Shown here: piece by piece, positions 37,740-47,816 of the stretch
How positions within the stretch are numbered: position 1 is the first letter of the stretch
Layout: every line of letters starts with the position of its first letter
From: Chloroflexota bacterium
Lineage (GTDB): Bacteria > Chloroflexota > Dehalococcoidia > Lucifugimonadales > Australimonadaceae
NCBI GenBank assembly: GCA_022561985.1
Contig: JADFQE010000003.1
Location: forward strand, 1-58,876
Length of the DNA stretch: 58,876 nt
Direction of reading: 5' to 3'
The notes under the pieces: model-generated
Databases searched by the model: none
What the model saw: the letters and a program-made list of their open reading frames with translations, nothing else
Told to the model about the DNA's origin: nothing
Program-made: the position numbers and the translations under genes

Positions 37740-38741
37740 ATGGCAGCAGGACGCGTCTATTCGGCCATGCGCCCCTCCGGGCGGCTGCACCTCGGGAACC
37801 TGTTCGGGGCGCTGGAGAACTGGGTCCGCCTCCAGGACGACTACGAGTGCTTCTTCGGCGTGGCCGACATCCACGCGCTCACGACGCTCCAGGGCACCGC
37901 GCAGGTCGCGGAGATCGTGCCCAACACCTACGAGATGGTGCTGGACTGGCTCGCGGCGGGGCTCGACCCCGAGCGCTCCGTCCTCTACGTCCAGTCCCAC
38001 GTGCCCGAGGTGCTCACCCTCTCCATGCTGCTCGGCATGAGCACGCCGCTGGGCTGGCTGCTGCGCGTGCCGACCTTCAAGGACCGCGTGCGCCAGATGG
38101 GCGAGGACGAGGAGCACATCCCCTACGGGCTCGTGGGCTACCCCGTCCTCCAGACGGCCGACGTCATCCTCTATAAGGCGGACCGCGTGCCGGTGGGCAT
38201 CGACCAGGTCCCCCACATCGAGATCTCCCGCGAGATCGTCCGCCGCTTCAACCGGCTCTACGGCGACACCTTCCCGGAGCCCCAGGCGCTGCTCACCGAG
38301 TCGCCGTCCATCGTGGGCACCGACGGCAAGAACAAGATGAGCAAGAGCCTCGACAACCACATCGAGCTCGCGGCCACGGAGGAGGAGACGCTCAAGCGCG
38401 TGAAGAGCATGGTCACCGACCCCCAGCGCGCCCGGCGCACCGACCCCGGCCGGCCGGAGGTCTGCAACGTCTACGCGCTGCACAAGATCTTCAACCCCCA
38501 CCTCCTCGACGACGTGTACGCCAAGTGCACCACCGCGGCCATCGGCTGCGTGGAGGACAAGCAGCAGCTCGCCGATGGCATCAACCGCTACCTGGGTCCG
38601 TTCCGCGAGCGCCGCCGGGAGCTCGCCGAGAAGCCGGAGGTCGTGCGCGAGGTGCTGGCGGACGGCGCCGCACGCGCGAGCGCGGTCGCGCGTGCGACCA
38701 TCGCCGAGGTCTACGAGCGCATGGGCCTGGCGCCGCGCTGA
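37740..38741 (+). CDS. trpS: tryptophan--tRNA ligase
   Basis: SGRLHLGN (HIGH-like) and KMSKS motifs. 333 aa. Confidence 0.95.
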   Translation: MAAGRVYSAMRPSGRLHLGNLFGALENWVRLQDDYECFFGVADIHALTTLQGTAQVAEIVPNTYEMVLDWLAAGLDPERSVLYVQSHVPEVLTLSMLLGMSTPLGWLLRVPTFKDRVRQMGEDEEHIPYGLVGYPVLQTADVILYKADRVPVGIDQVPHIEISREIVRRFNRLYGDTFPEPQALLTESPSIVGTDGKNKMSKSLDNHIELAATEEETLKRVKSMVTDPQRARRTDPGRPEVCNVYALHKIFNPHLLDDVYAKCTTAAIGCVEDKQQLADGINRYLGPFRERRRELAEKPEVVREVLADGAARASAVARATIAEVYERMGLAPR

Positions 38742-38793
38742 GGCCTCGGGCAAGGACAGCACACCCCAGACGCAACAGCAGGGAGAAACCGAC

Positions 38794-40011
38794 ATGATGA
38801 GCAATCGATCCGGGCTCCTGGTAGTGATCACCGCGGCGATGAGCCTGCTCCTGGCCGCCTGCGGCAGCGCCGAGCCGACCGCGACGCCGACCCCAGTGCC
38901 CGACGCCGGCTCCGCCCAGGAGCCTGTGGCGACGGTCGCGCCGGTCCAGACCGAGTGGGAAGCGCTGATCGAGGCCGCACAGGGGGAAGAGGAGCTCGTG
39001 ATCGTCTTTCAGCCTTCGGGCGGGCGCAACTACCGCCCGCTGGTCGCGATCTTCGAAGAGCGATTCGGCATCAAGGTGGTGGTCTCCGTCGGGAGCGGCT
39101 CCGCGCAGGCGAACCGTATCCTCGCCGAGCAGACGGCCGGGCGGTACCTCGCGGACGTCTTCTACTCGGGTGAAGCGACCTCGACCACGAGGATGGTCCC
39201 TGGGGGTGCCCTCGACCCCATCCCAGATCTGCTCGTCCACCCGGAAGTGACCGACCAGTCCCTCTGGTACCAGGGCCAGCACTGGTACGCGGACGCGGAT
39301 CAGAAGTACGTCTTCAACTTCGCCGCGACCGCAGCCCCCACCAGCCTGGCGCTGCGGTACAACACGGACCTGGTGACCCAGGAGGACCTCGACGCCATCA
39401 CCTCCGTCTTCGACTACCTGGACCTGAAGTGGAAGGGGATGATCGTCGCGCACATCCCTGGGGGCGGCGGCTCCGGAGCGTACGTCACGTCCTACGTCCA
39501 CCCGGAGATCGGCCCCGAGTGGCTGGACCGGTTCGTCTCGCCGGAGCTGGACGTGACCTTCTCCGAAGACCGGAGGTTCATCGTCGACGGGGTCGCCAAC
39601 GGCAAGTTCGCCCTGGGCATCGCCATCGGTGGCGCCGGCATGGACCTCGACAGCATGACGACCCTCGGTGCGCCCGTCGGCTCGCTCATCAAGGAGCTCA
39701 AGGAGGGAGGCTCCCTGTCGAACAGCGGCAACAACATCATGGCGCTCACGAGGGCGCCGAACCCGAACTCCGCGGCGCTCTGGATCAACTGGTTCCTCAC
39801 GAAGGAGGGCCAGACGCTCATGCACACGCTCTCCGAGCGGGACCCCGACCCGACGCTCCGCGACGACGTGACCGAGTGGGGCATCACCCGCGAGTTCGAC
39901 CGCCGGGTGGAGGGGAAGACGTACTACAACTTCGCCACCGACCCCGCGTACATCGCGAGGAGGCAGGAGGCGCTCGACTACGCACGCAGCGTCTACGAGG
40001 CGAGTCGCTAG
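38794..40011 (+). CDS. orphan ABC transporter substrate-binding lipoprotein (family-1 SBP)
   Basis: GGGAGA upstream and lipobox LAAC. The body resembles an iron/polyamine-type SBP. No adjacent permease or ATPase gene. Confidence 0.7.
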   Translation: MMSNRSGLLVVITAAMSLLLAACGSAEPTATPTPVPDAGSAQEPVATVAPVQTEWEALIEAAQGEEELVIVFQPSGGRNYRPLVAIFEERFGIKVVVSVGSGSAQANRILAEQTAGRYLADVFYSGEATSTTRMVPGGALDPIPDLLVHPEVTDQSLWYQGQHWYADADQKYVFNFAATAAPTSLALRYNTDLVTQEDLDAITSVFDYLDLKWKGMIVAHIPGGGGSGAYVTSYVHPEIGPEWLDRFVSPELDVTFSEDRRFIVDGVANGKFALGIAIGGAGMDLDSMTTLGAPVGSLIKELKEGGSLSNSGNNIMALTRAPNPNSAALWINWFLTKEGQTLMHTLSERDPDPTLRDDVTEWGITREFDRRVEGKTYYNFATDPAYIARRQEALDYARSVYEASR

Positions 40012-40099
40012 CGGGCGGCTTCTTTAAAAAACAGGGCTCGTTGGCGGAACCCGGTGGCGTGATGGCACACGCGGGCCGTGTATCGGCGTGCTCGCCCTC

Positions 40100-41392
40100 T
40101 TAGAGGTCCCCGTCCAACGGGTTGATGACCAGGCCGCTCGGCAGCTTCGGGTGGAAGAACGTCGACTTGCGCGGCAGCCGGATCCCCGCGCCCACGATGG
40201 CCTCGAAGGCCGGCGCCGGGACGCCCTTGATGAAGAAGGCGATCTGCCCCTCCCCCCGGGCAACCATGTCCAGCGCCTGAGCCCCGTCGTGGACGTAGGC
40301 GACGTGCTCGGCGACGCGCTCGCCCATCACCGGCCGGAACAGCATCTCCTGGAGGACGAACGCCTCCACCGCGCGCGCCTGCTCCTCGGCTCCCGCGCCG
40401 GGGTCGGGCACGGGGACCTCCCCGCTTGCCGGCGTGAGGATCACCGGCGCCTTGCCCGGCTCGACCACGCCCAGGGCGACCTGCCCCTGGGCCGCCTCGG
40501 AGACGGCCCGGTCCAAGATCGCGGGCGCCGCCTCGTTCGTGCCGCCCATCGTCACGGGCGCGGCCGCGAAGTAGCGCGCGAGCAGCGCCCGCAGCTCGTC
40601 GAGCTGGGCGGCGGCCAGGCCGTGCACGACGCGGTAGTACGGCATGATGAGCAGCCCCGGATCGTCGAAGTCGATCAGGCACGTCAGCACGTAGTGGCTC
40701 GCGGCGGATGGCGGGCCGCCGGCCTCCCGCTCGTACGCGAGCGCCGTCTCGTAGCGGTGGTGGCCGTCCGCGATGTAGACCGGCTGCGATCTCAAGCCTG
40801 CGCCGATCGCGTCCACGCCGTCGGCGTCCGTGAGCGGCCAGAGCGTGTAGCGCTCGCCGTCGCCCGTCTCGAAATCGACGGCCGGCTCGCGCTCCACCGC
40901 CCGAGCGCGGATGTCGGCGATGCGCCCGCTGGGGTCGCGGTAGAGCATCATCAGCGGACTGAAATTCGCGTGCGCCACGCGCATCAGCGCGAGGCGGTCC
41001 GCCTTCGCGCCGGCCGCGGTGTCCTCGTGCACGAGCACGCCGGTCCCCGGCTGCTCGAGGCCGAGCGCGCCGAAGATACCCGCCCGCTCCCACTCCCGCC
41101 CGCCCGAGGAGAACCGCTGCCGGAGGAGGTAGTACGCCGGGGTGGCGTCGCGCTGGAGGATGCCCGCTGCCTGCCACTCCCGGAAGGCCGCGGCGGCACC
41201 CGCGTACCGCTCGGCCGGCGCCTCGCCGGGGGCCTCCGTCAGCTCGAGCTTGACCATGTTGTGCGCGTTGCGCGCGACGAGCGCGCGTTCTTGCGCCGGC
41301 GAGATGACGTCGAAGGGCGGGCAGATGAGATCGGCCGGTGCGCCTGCCGTGGAGGCGTAGCGGACCGCTCGGAACGGACGGAAATCGACCAT
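40100..41392 (-). CDS. DUF1015 family protein
   Basis: The MVDFRPFRAVRY... start and length are typical of DUF1015. The ORF extends to 41449. Confidence 0.75.
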   Translation of the reverse strand: MVDFRPFRAVRYASTAGAPADLICPPFDVISPAQERALVARNAHNMVKLELTEAPGEAPAERYAGAAAAFREWQAAGILQRDATPAYYLLRQRFSSGGREWERAGIFGALGLEQPGTGVLVHEDTAAGAKADRLALMRVAHANFSPLMMLYRDPSGRIADIRARAVEREPAVDFETGDGERYTLWPLTDADGVDAIGAGLRSQPVYIADGHHRYETALAYEREAGGPPSAASHYVLTCLIDFDDPGLLIMPYYRVVHGLAAAQLDELRALLARYFAAAPVTMGGTNEAAPAILDRAVSEAAQGQVALGVVEPGKAPVILTPASGEVPVPDPGAGAEEQARAVEAFVLQEMLFRPVMGERVAEHVAYVHDGAQALDMVARGEGQIAFFIKGVPAPAFEAIVGAGIRLPRKSTFFHPKLPSGLVINPLDGDL

Positions 41393-41547
41393 ACGCGTGT
41401 GCACCTGTGGGGTCTGCGGGGAGATGGACTCCTCAGTATACGGAGCCACCGGCCCCAGCGCTCCCTCGCGCTCCCCTTGAGCCCATCGCTGGCCGGCCGT
41501 AGAATCGGCGGGGGCCCGGCTCCAGCACGTCCCATGAGGAGGATCAC

Positions 41548-42195
41548 ATGCCGCAGCTCAAGGCAGACGTCTACTTCGACTTCCGCTGACCGTTCGTCTT
41601 CAATGCAGCCGTGTGGCTGGATATGGTCAAGGCGGCCCGCGGGGGCGAAGCGCCCATCGAGATCACGTGGAAGCCCTTCTCGCTCCAGCAGGTCAACCAG
41701 AAGGTCGGACCCGACTACCTGGCGTGGAACGAGCCGGACGAGGAGCTCCACCACAGCGTGTGGGGGCTGCGCGCGGGCGAGGCGGCGCGGCGCCAGGGCG
41801 AGGACGCGCTCCGGCGCTTCATGCCGTTCATCCTCGAAGCACGCCACGTGGAGCGCAAGGAGCTCAACGACAAGGAGCTGCTGAAGGGTCTCGCGGCCAA
41901 GGCTGAGCTTGATGTGGCACGGTTCGGGAAGGACCTGGACGACCGCTCGCTGCTGGATCTCATCGCCGCCAGCCACACCCATGCGGTCGAGGAGCTCGGC
42001 GTCTTCGGCACGCCGACCTTCGTCTTCGAGAACGGCGCGTCCGCGTTCCTCAAGATGCTCAAGCCCCGCACGCCGGAGGAGGCCGTCCGCTCCTTCGACG
42101 CGCTGATCCCCGTGCTGGAGGGCGAGGTCGCGGTCGGCGAGCTCAAGCGCCCGCAGCCGCCCTGGCCCAAGGGCATCTTTGATAAGACGCCCTAG
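41548..42195 (+). CDS. DsbA-like thioredoxin-fold protein with an in-frame TGA (41587-41589) at the N-terminal redox Cys position: Sec candidate or pseudogene
   Basis: GAGGAGG 7 nt upstream of the ATG at 41548. The sequence reads MPQLKADVYFDFR-TGA-PFVFNAAVWLDMV..., matching the 'FDf.CP' active-site strand of DsbA-family proteins. The frame is continuous with ORF 41611-42195. Confidence 0.7.
41606..41619 (+). other. weak SECIS-like hairpin downstream of the DsbA-like UGA
   Basis: CAGCC-GUGU-GGCUG. The loop starts 21 nt after the UGA. The stem extends by U-A and A-U pairs after a G.G mismatch. Confidence 0.25.
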
Positions 42196-42958
42196 GAGAC
42201 CGGCGGCCGGAGGCAAGACCAAGGCCGGCGGCGGGCCCGACTGGGCGGCGCTCGAGCGCGTCTTGGGCGTGCGCTTCAAGGACCGTGCGCTCCTGCGCCA
42301 AGCGCTGGTGCACCGGTCGATCCTCAACGAGCAGCGGGCCCAGAACCCACCTCAGGCCGCGGACGACCCCGGAAGCGAGCCGCTGGAGAGCTACGAGCGG
42401 CTGGAGTATCTGGGCGACGCGTTCCTGGGCTGGGTCGTCGCCCACGAGCTCTTCGTCCGCTGGCCCTCCTTCTCCGAGGGCGAGCTGACCCGTGCGCGCG
42501 CCTCGCTGGTGCAGGGCCGCACGCTGGCTGGGATCGCCCGGGGCATCGGACTCGGCGCCTACCTCCGCCTTGGCCAGGGCGAGGGCTCCACCGGCGGACG
42601 CGAGCGCACCTCGAACCTGGCGGCCGTCTTCGAAGCGGTGGTCGGCGCCGTCCTGATGGACCGCGGCGAGAAGGCGGCACGGGCGCTCGTGATGCGCCAC
42701 CTCGGCGCGCCGATGGACGCGATCGCCCCCTCCGGCGTCCCGCGGGATGCCAAGAGCGCCTTCCAGGAGCTGACGCAGCGCCTCGGCCTGCCGCTGCCCG
42801 CCTACGAGCTGCTGGCGGCGGACGGCCCTCCACACGCGCGCCGGTTCACGGTCCGGGTCCTCGTGGACGGCGTCCCCCGCGGCGAGGGCACCGGCGCCCG
42901 CAAGGCCGACGCGGAGCAGGCCGCCGCGGCCATCGCCCTCGACTCCCTCACTCCTTAG
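42179..42958 (+). CDS. rnc: ribonuclease III
   Basis: ERLEYLGDAFLG signature and a C-terminal dsRBD (AKSAFQELTQRLGLPLPAY...GEGTGARKADAEQAAA). The start is uncertain (TTG at 42179). Confidence 0.9.
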   Translation: MIRRPRRPAAGGKTKAGGGPDWAALERVLGVRFKDRALLRQALVHRSILNEQRAQNPPQAADDPGSEPLESYERLEYLGDAFLGWVVAHELFVRWPSFSEGELTRARASLVQGRTLAGIARGIGLGAYLRLGQGEGSTGGRERTSNLAAVFEAVVGAVLMDRGEKAARALVMRHLGAPMDAIAPSGVPRDAKSAFQELTQRLGLPLPAYELLAADGPPHARRFTVRVLVDGVPRGEGTGARKADAEQAAAAIALDSLTP

Positions 42959-43043
42959 CTCGGTGGTGAGTCCTGCGCCGCCGCGCGGGCGTACGGCCTT
43001 GTGAGCGCGCCCGAGCGGCTGTTACCATCGCCCCCGCGCACCG

Positions 43044-43126
43044 CCGGAGCAGCGCGTGCCGCTTGAGTCCGGAGCCGTCCTTCGACAGGCTCAGGATGAA
43101 CGGATAGGGGAGCAGAGGCGCACAGT
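43044..43126. repeat. repeat family B copy
   Basis: Near-identical to 12667-12749. It contains the first ATG of the ftsY ORF. Confidence 0.7.
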
Positions 43127-44153
43127 CAGCGGACTCTTTCGACTCTTCAGACGCAAGGAAAAGACCACCGATGCCCTCGCCAAGACGCGGCAGGGCTGGG
43201 GCGGCGGGCTCGGCGCGCTCTTCGGCGGCGGGTCCGGGGGGGACGACGCGTTCTGGGGCGGCCTGGAGGACGCGCTGATCTCCGCGGACGTGGGCGTCCC
43301 CACCTCGCTCGCACTGATCGAGCGCGTGCGGGAGCGGGTCCACGGCCGCTCGGCCTCGGACCGGGCTGCCGCCGCGGACGCGCTCAAGGACGAGCTTGCG
43401 CTTCTGCTGGACGTGGCCGAGCCCGCGTTGTGGGACTGGTACGACCAGGAGGAGCTACCGGCCAAGCCCATGGTCCTGCTGGTCGTTGGCGTGAACGGCG
43501 CCGGAAAGACGACGAGTATCGCGAAGATGGCGCACCACTATCAGGAGCTTGGCAAGACCGTGCTGCTGGGGGCGGGCGACACCTTCCGCGCGGCGGCCGT
43601 CGAGCAGCTCCGCGTCTGGGGCGAGCGCCTCGGGGCGGGCGTCGTGGCGCAGGCGCAGAACGCCGACCCGGGCGCGGTCGCCTTCGACGCCTACCAGGCC
43701 GCGGTGGCCCGCGGGGTGGACGTCCTCATCTTCGACACGGCGGGCCGGCTCCACAACAAAGCGCCGTTGATCGAGGAGCTGCGCAAGATCTGCCGCGTGC
43801 TCGGGCGCCAGGGATCGGGCGCGCCGCACCAGACCCTGCTCGTCCTCGACGCGACGACCGGGCACAACGGGCTCGAGCAGGCGCGCGTCTTCCAGGAGGC
43901 CGTGGGCGTCGACGGCGTCTTCTTGGCCAAGCTCGACGGCACGGCCAAGGGCGGGATCACCGTCGCCATCGCCGCGGAGCTCAAGCTGCCGGTCGTCTTC
44001 ATCGGCACGGGCGAGGGGATCGACGACCTCTCGCTCTTCGACGTCGACGACTTCGTCGACGCCCTCTTCGGCGGCGCCACGGCCGGGGACGCTCCGGCGG
44101 GGGACGGTCTGGCGGGGGACATGGGGGCCGGCGGCCAGGAGCCCTCCCGCTAG
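43056..44153 (+). CDS. ftsY: signal recognition particle receptor FtsY
   Basis: GVNGAGKTTSIAKMA, DTAGRLHNK and the LAKLDGTAKGG NG domain. The start is uncertain because the 5' end lies inside a repeat. Confidence 0.9.
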   Translation: MPLESGAVLRQAQDERIGEQRRTVSGLFRLFRRKEKTTDALAKTRQGWGGGLGALFGGGSGGDDAFWGGLEDALISADVGVPTSLALIERVRERVHGRSASDRAAAADALKDELALLLDVAEPALWDWYDQEELPAKPMVLLVVGVNGAGKTTSIAKMAHHYQELGKTVLLGAGDTFRAAAVEQLRVWGERLGAGVVAQAQNADPGAVAFDAYQAAVARGVDVLIFDTAGRLHNKAPLIEELRKICRVLGRQGSGAPHQTLLVLDATTGHNGLEQARVFQEAVGVDGVFLAKLDGTAKGGITVAIAAELKLPVVFIGTGEGIDDLSLFDVDDFVDALFGGATAGDAPAGDGLAGDMGAGGQEPSR

Positions 44154-44165
44154 GGCGGCGCAACC

Positions 44166-47100
44166 ATGGTTGACACCCTCACCTGGCTCCTCGCGCTCGA
44201 GCTCTTCAGCCTCGCCTCGTTCCCGCTGGCGTACCGGGTGTTCTCGCGCCTCCCGGAGCGCGGATGGGCCTTGAGCAAGCCGCTCGGCCTGCTGCTCGTC
44301 GGGCTCGGCACGTGGGGGATCGGGCTCACCCACCTCATCGTCAACTCGCGGCTGACCGTGGCGCTCGCGCTCGCGGTCGTGCTCCTGCTCTCGTGGCGAG
44401 CGGCCCGCGGCCGGACGGGGGAGATACGCGCCTTCCTCAAGGAGCACGCCAGCCTCGTGCTCTCCACCGAGCTGCTGTTCGTCGCCGTGTTCCTCGGGGT
44501 CGCGGCCCTGCGCGCGTCGGTGTCCGACATCGCCGGCACCGAGCAGCCCATGGACCTCATGTTCCTGAACGCGACGGTGACGAGCCCGTACTACCCGCCC
44601 AACGACCCGTGGCTCGCCGGCGAGGCCGTCTCCTACTACTACATGGGGTACCTGTTCATGGGCGCGCTGGCGCTCTTCACCGGCATCGCCACGCCCATCG
44701 CATACAACCTCGGGCTGGCCACGGCGGCCGCGCTCGGCGGCGTCGCGGCGTTCGGCCTGACGTTCAACCTGATCCGGCTCGCCCGCGGCTCGCACGACGG
44801 CGCGGTGCTCGGCGGGATCGCGGCGGTGTTCCTCCTGCTGGTCGCGAGCAACCTCGCCGGCGCGCTGGAGCTCGGCCGCGCGGCGGGAGCAGGCGGCGCC
44901 GCGTTCTGGGAGTGGGTGGGCATCAAGGACCTCACCGCGCCGGCCGCTCCCGCTTCGAGCTGGTACCCGGAGGAGTTCCGGTGGTGGTGGCGGGCGAGCC
45001 GCGTGTCGACGGTGCTGAACGGCCAGGAGCTCACCATCACCGAGTTCCCGATGTTCAGCTTCATCCTCGGGGATATGCACCCCCACGTGATGTCCATGGG
45101 CTTCTTCCTGCTTACCGCGGCGCTCGCGGTGCAGGCCTACCTGCTCCCGGACGCCCTGCGTGCGCGGACGCTGGTGCGCGAGTGGCCGCTCGCCCTCGCC
45201 GCCGTCGTCGCCGTCGGAGCGCTCGGCGCGATCAACCTGTGGGACCTGCCCATCGGGTTCGCCATGCTGACCGGCGCCCTCATGCTCAACGCCGCCCGTC
45301 ACGAGCGCACGATGCGCTTCGGCGCCGCCGTCGCCATGAGCGGTGGCACCACCATCGTCGGCGCGCCGCACGACCCGGAGGCCGCGCCGGCGGGGGGCTC
45401 CGCCTTCGTGTACGTCCGCGGTCCGAAGGGGTGGCGCCGCAACGCACGCCTGCGCCCGGCCGACCCGCACCCGGGCGCCGCGTTCGGCGCCGCCGTCGCC
45501 TTCGACGGCACGCTCGCCGTGGTCGGCGCGCCGTCCGCCGGTGCCGTCTACGTCTTCGCGCAAGCTGGCGGCCGGTGGTCCCTGCTCACGACCTTGCGCG
45601 CGCCCGTAGCGGCACTTGAGTTCGGGCGGTCCGTTGCCGTCGACGGCGGTCTGATCGCGGTCGGCGCGCGCCGGGCCGTCTACGTCTACGACGGGGGCGA
45701 GCGGACGTGGCCGCTCACCGCCGAGGTCGCGCCGGACGGCGTGAGCGACGGGTTCGGCTCCGCCGTCGCCCTCGAGCACCGGACGCTCGCCGTGGGGGAC
45801 CCGGGAGCGGACGGCGGATGCGTTCACGTGCTCACGCGCCGGGGCGTGTCCGCCTGGACCCCCTCGGCCCGGCTCACCGGCCCCGCGGGCGCGTTCGGGC
45901 GGAGCGTCTCGATGAGCGACGGGCTGCTCGCCGTCGGCGCCGAAGGGACCGCCGTCGTCTTCGAAGCCGGGCCCAGAGCGGGTGCGCGGGCGCGGACGTG
46001 GAACGAGCAGGCGGTGGTCCGAGCGCCGGGCGCGCGGAGCGTCGCCTCCTTCGGCGCAGCGGTTGCCATCGGCCAGCGCTACCTGGCGGTGGGGGCACCG
46101 GAGGCCCACAACACCGCTCCGGGCTCCGGAGCCGCCTACATCTACGAGCGGGAGCGGGCCGGGCCGGCGTGGCCCCTCCACGCCGCGCTCGCCGGGGCCG
46201 ACGCCGGGGCGGACGCGCGGTTCGGGAGCGCCGTGACGATCGACGGCGACACCGTCGTGGTGGGCACGCCGGGGATCGGACACGGCGCGGTCCACATCGT
46301 CGACCGCGTGCTGGATGCCTGGAAGCCCGGCTCGAAGCTGATCGCCCGGTGGCGGTTCGGGCGCTCGTTGCTCGCCGTCGCGCTGCTGGGCGCGGCGGTC
46401 CTGGTCTTCCTCGCGCCGTTCCTCGCGACCTTCGAGAGCAACGCCGGCGGCATCCTGCCGCTGCGCGCGCTGCTCACGCGCCCGGTGCACCTGCTGTTGA
46501 TATGGGGGGTCTCCGCGTTCCTGGTGCTGCCCGTCTTCTTCCTTGCGATGGGGTCGGTCTTCCGGCGCGGCAACTGGAGCCTCATGCGCTTCGGGGTCGC
46601 TCTCTTCATCGGGTTCGGGCCCGTGGCGCTCTGGCTCCAACCGGTCTGGGGCCCACCCTTCTTCGTCGTCGCGCTGCTGTTCAACGGTCTGGTGGTGATG
46701 CTGTTCGGCCTCCACCGGGCCGGGTTCCGGCTTCCCCGGGCCGACGAGATGGTGTTCGCCTTCAACAGCGGCGTGACGCGCGTCGTCGGCACGCTCCTGC
46801 TGGTCGGGCTGCTCATCGGCGACGGCGTCCTGCACGGGGAGCGCGGGATCGACGGCCGGTTCCTTGCCGTCGACCGCCTCCTCATCGTCGTGCCGATGGC
46901 GGCCATCGTTGCGCTCTCCGTCTACGGCGCGTGGACGTTGGCGCACCGCGACAGCGAGGCCGCCCGCTCGGGCGAGGCCGGTGCCACACGGGGCCGGAAC
47001 GACGGCATCGTGCCCGTGCTGCTGCTCCTCGCGGTCGGCGCGGCACTCATCATGGGCACCGAGCTGTTCCACGTCTGCGACACGTTCTGCGGCGGCGGCG

Positions 47101-47816
47101 ACGGCATCCTCCGGCGCCTCAACACCGTGTTCAAGCTGTACTACCAGGCGTGGCTGCTCATGGCCGTGCTCGGGGGGTTCGGCCTCTGGTACGTGGCCGG
47201 CCGCTGGAACAGGCGCGTGCTCTGGGGGCGCGTGGGCGTCACCGCGTGGGCCGGCGTGCTCGTGATCGGGCTGGGGGCGGTCGGCTACTACCCCCTGGCC
47301 GCGGTCACCACCAGGGCGAATGACGGCACCGGGCTCGGCCTCGACGGCCAGGCGTACCTGCTCCGCTCGGCGCCCGACGAATACCGGGCCATCCAGTGGA
47401 TCAAGGAGAACACGCCCCGGGACGCGGTGGTGATCGAATCGCCCGTGGCGCCATGCGCCGGCGACCCCGCCGGGTGCAGCTCCTACGTCACGGAGGCCGC
47501 CCGGATCTCGGGCAGCACGGGCCGGCCAACGGTGATCGGCTGGATCGGACACGAGCGGTTCTGGTGGCGGGCGGAGGGCCGCCACGACATCGACGGGCGG
47601 GTGGCTGATGTCCGGACGATCTACGAGACCGAGGACGAAGCGCTGGCCCGCGAGCTGCTCGATCGCTACGACGTCTCCTACGTGGTCGTCGGCGGGCGCG
47701 AGCGGGACATCTACGGCGAGGCGGGGATGACCAAGTTCGGCAGGATGGGCACGCCCGTGTTCGGCCTGGGGGCCGGAGTGACCATCTACCAGGTCTCCGG
47801 CGGAGGGGCGTCCTGA
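44166..47816 (+). CDS. DUF2298 / Chlor_Arch_YYY polytopic membrane protein with an inserted FG-GAP-like repeat domain
   Basis: The SYYYMGY motif, many TM segments, and seven FGxxVAxxGxxxxVGAP...VYV repeats at aa 384-715. Confidence 0.8.
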   Translation: MVDTLTWLLALELFSLASFPLAYRVFSRLPERGWALSKPLGLLLVGLGTWGIGLTHLIVNSRLTVALALAVVLLLSWRAARGRTGEIRAFLKEHASLVLSTELLFVAVFLGVAALRASVSDIAGTEQPMDLMFLNATVTSPYYPPNDPWLAGEAVSYYYMGYLFMGALALFTGIATPIAYNLGLATAAALGGVAAFGLTFNLIRLARGSHDGAVLGGIAAVFLLLVASNLAGALELGRAAGAGGAAFWEWVGIKDLTAPAAPASSWYPEEFRWWWRASRVSTVLNGQELTITEFPMFSFILGDMHPHVMSMGFFLLTAALAVQAYLLPDALRARTLVREWPLALAAVVAVGALGAINLWDLPIGFAMLTGALMLNAARHERTMRFGAAVAMSGGTTIVGAPHDPEAAPAGGSAFVYVRGPKGWRRNARLRPADPHPGAAFGAAVAFDGTLAVVGAPSAGAVYVFAQAGGRWSLLTTLRAPVAALEFGRSVAVDGGLIAVGARRAVYVYDGGERTWPLTAEVAPDGVSDGFGSAVALEHRTLAVGDPGADGGCVHVLTRRGVSAWTPSARLTGPAGAFGRSVSMSDGLLAVGAEGTAVVFEAGPRAGARARTWNEQAVVRAPGARSVASFGAAVAIGQRYLAVGAPEAHNTAPGSGAAYIYERERAGPAWPLHAALAGADAGADARFGSAVTIDGDTVVVGTPGIGHGAVHIVDRVLDAWKPGSKLIARWRFGRSLLAVALLGAAVLVFLAPFLATFESNAGGILPLRALLTRPVHLLLIWGVSAFLVLPVFFLAMGSVFRRGNWSLMRFGVALFIGFGPVALWLQPVWGPPFFVVALLFNGLVVMLFGLHRAGFRLPRADEMVFAFNSGVTRVVGTLLLVGLLIGDGVLHGERGIDGRFLAVDRLLIVVPMAAIVALSVYGAWTLAHRDSEAARSGEAGATRGRNDGIVPVLLLLAVGAALIMGTELFHVCDTFCGGGDGILRRLNTVFKLYYQAWLLMAVLGGFGLWYVAGRWNRRVLWGRVGVTAWAGVLVIGLGAVGYYPLAAVTTRANDGTGLGLDGQAYLLRSAPDEYRAIQWIKENTPRDAVVIESPVAPCAGDPAGCSSYVTEAARISGSTGRPTVIGWIGHERFWWRAEGRHDIDGRVADVRTIYETEDEALARELLDRYDVSYVVVGGRERDIYGEAGMTKFGRMGTPVFGLGAGVTIYQVSGGGAS

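Noticed and set aside
41587-41589. Genome-wide TGA reassignment (to Trp or Gly) as the explanation for the two in-frame TGAs.
   Set aside because: TGA clearly terminates many well-defined genes here, including several ATGA/TGATG coupled junctions. Only site-specific recoding or mutation fits.
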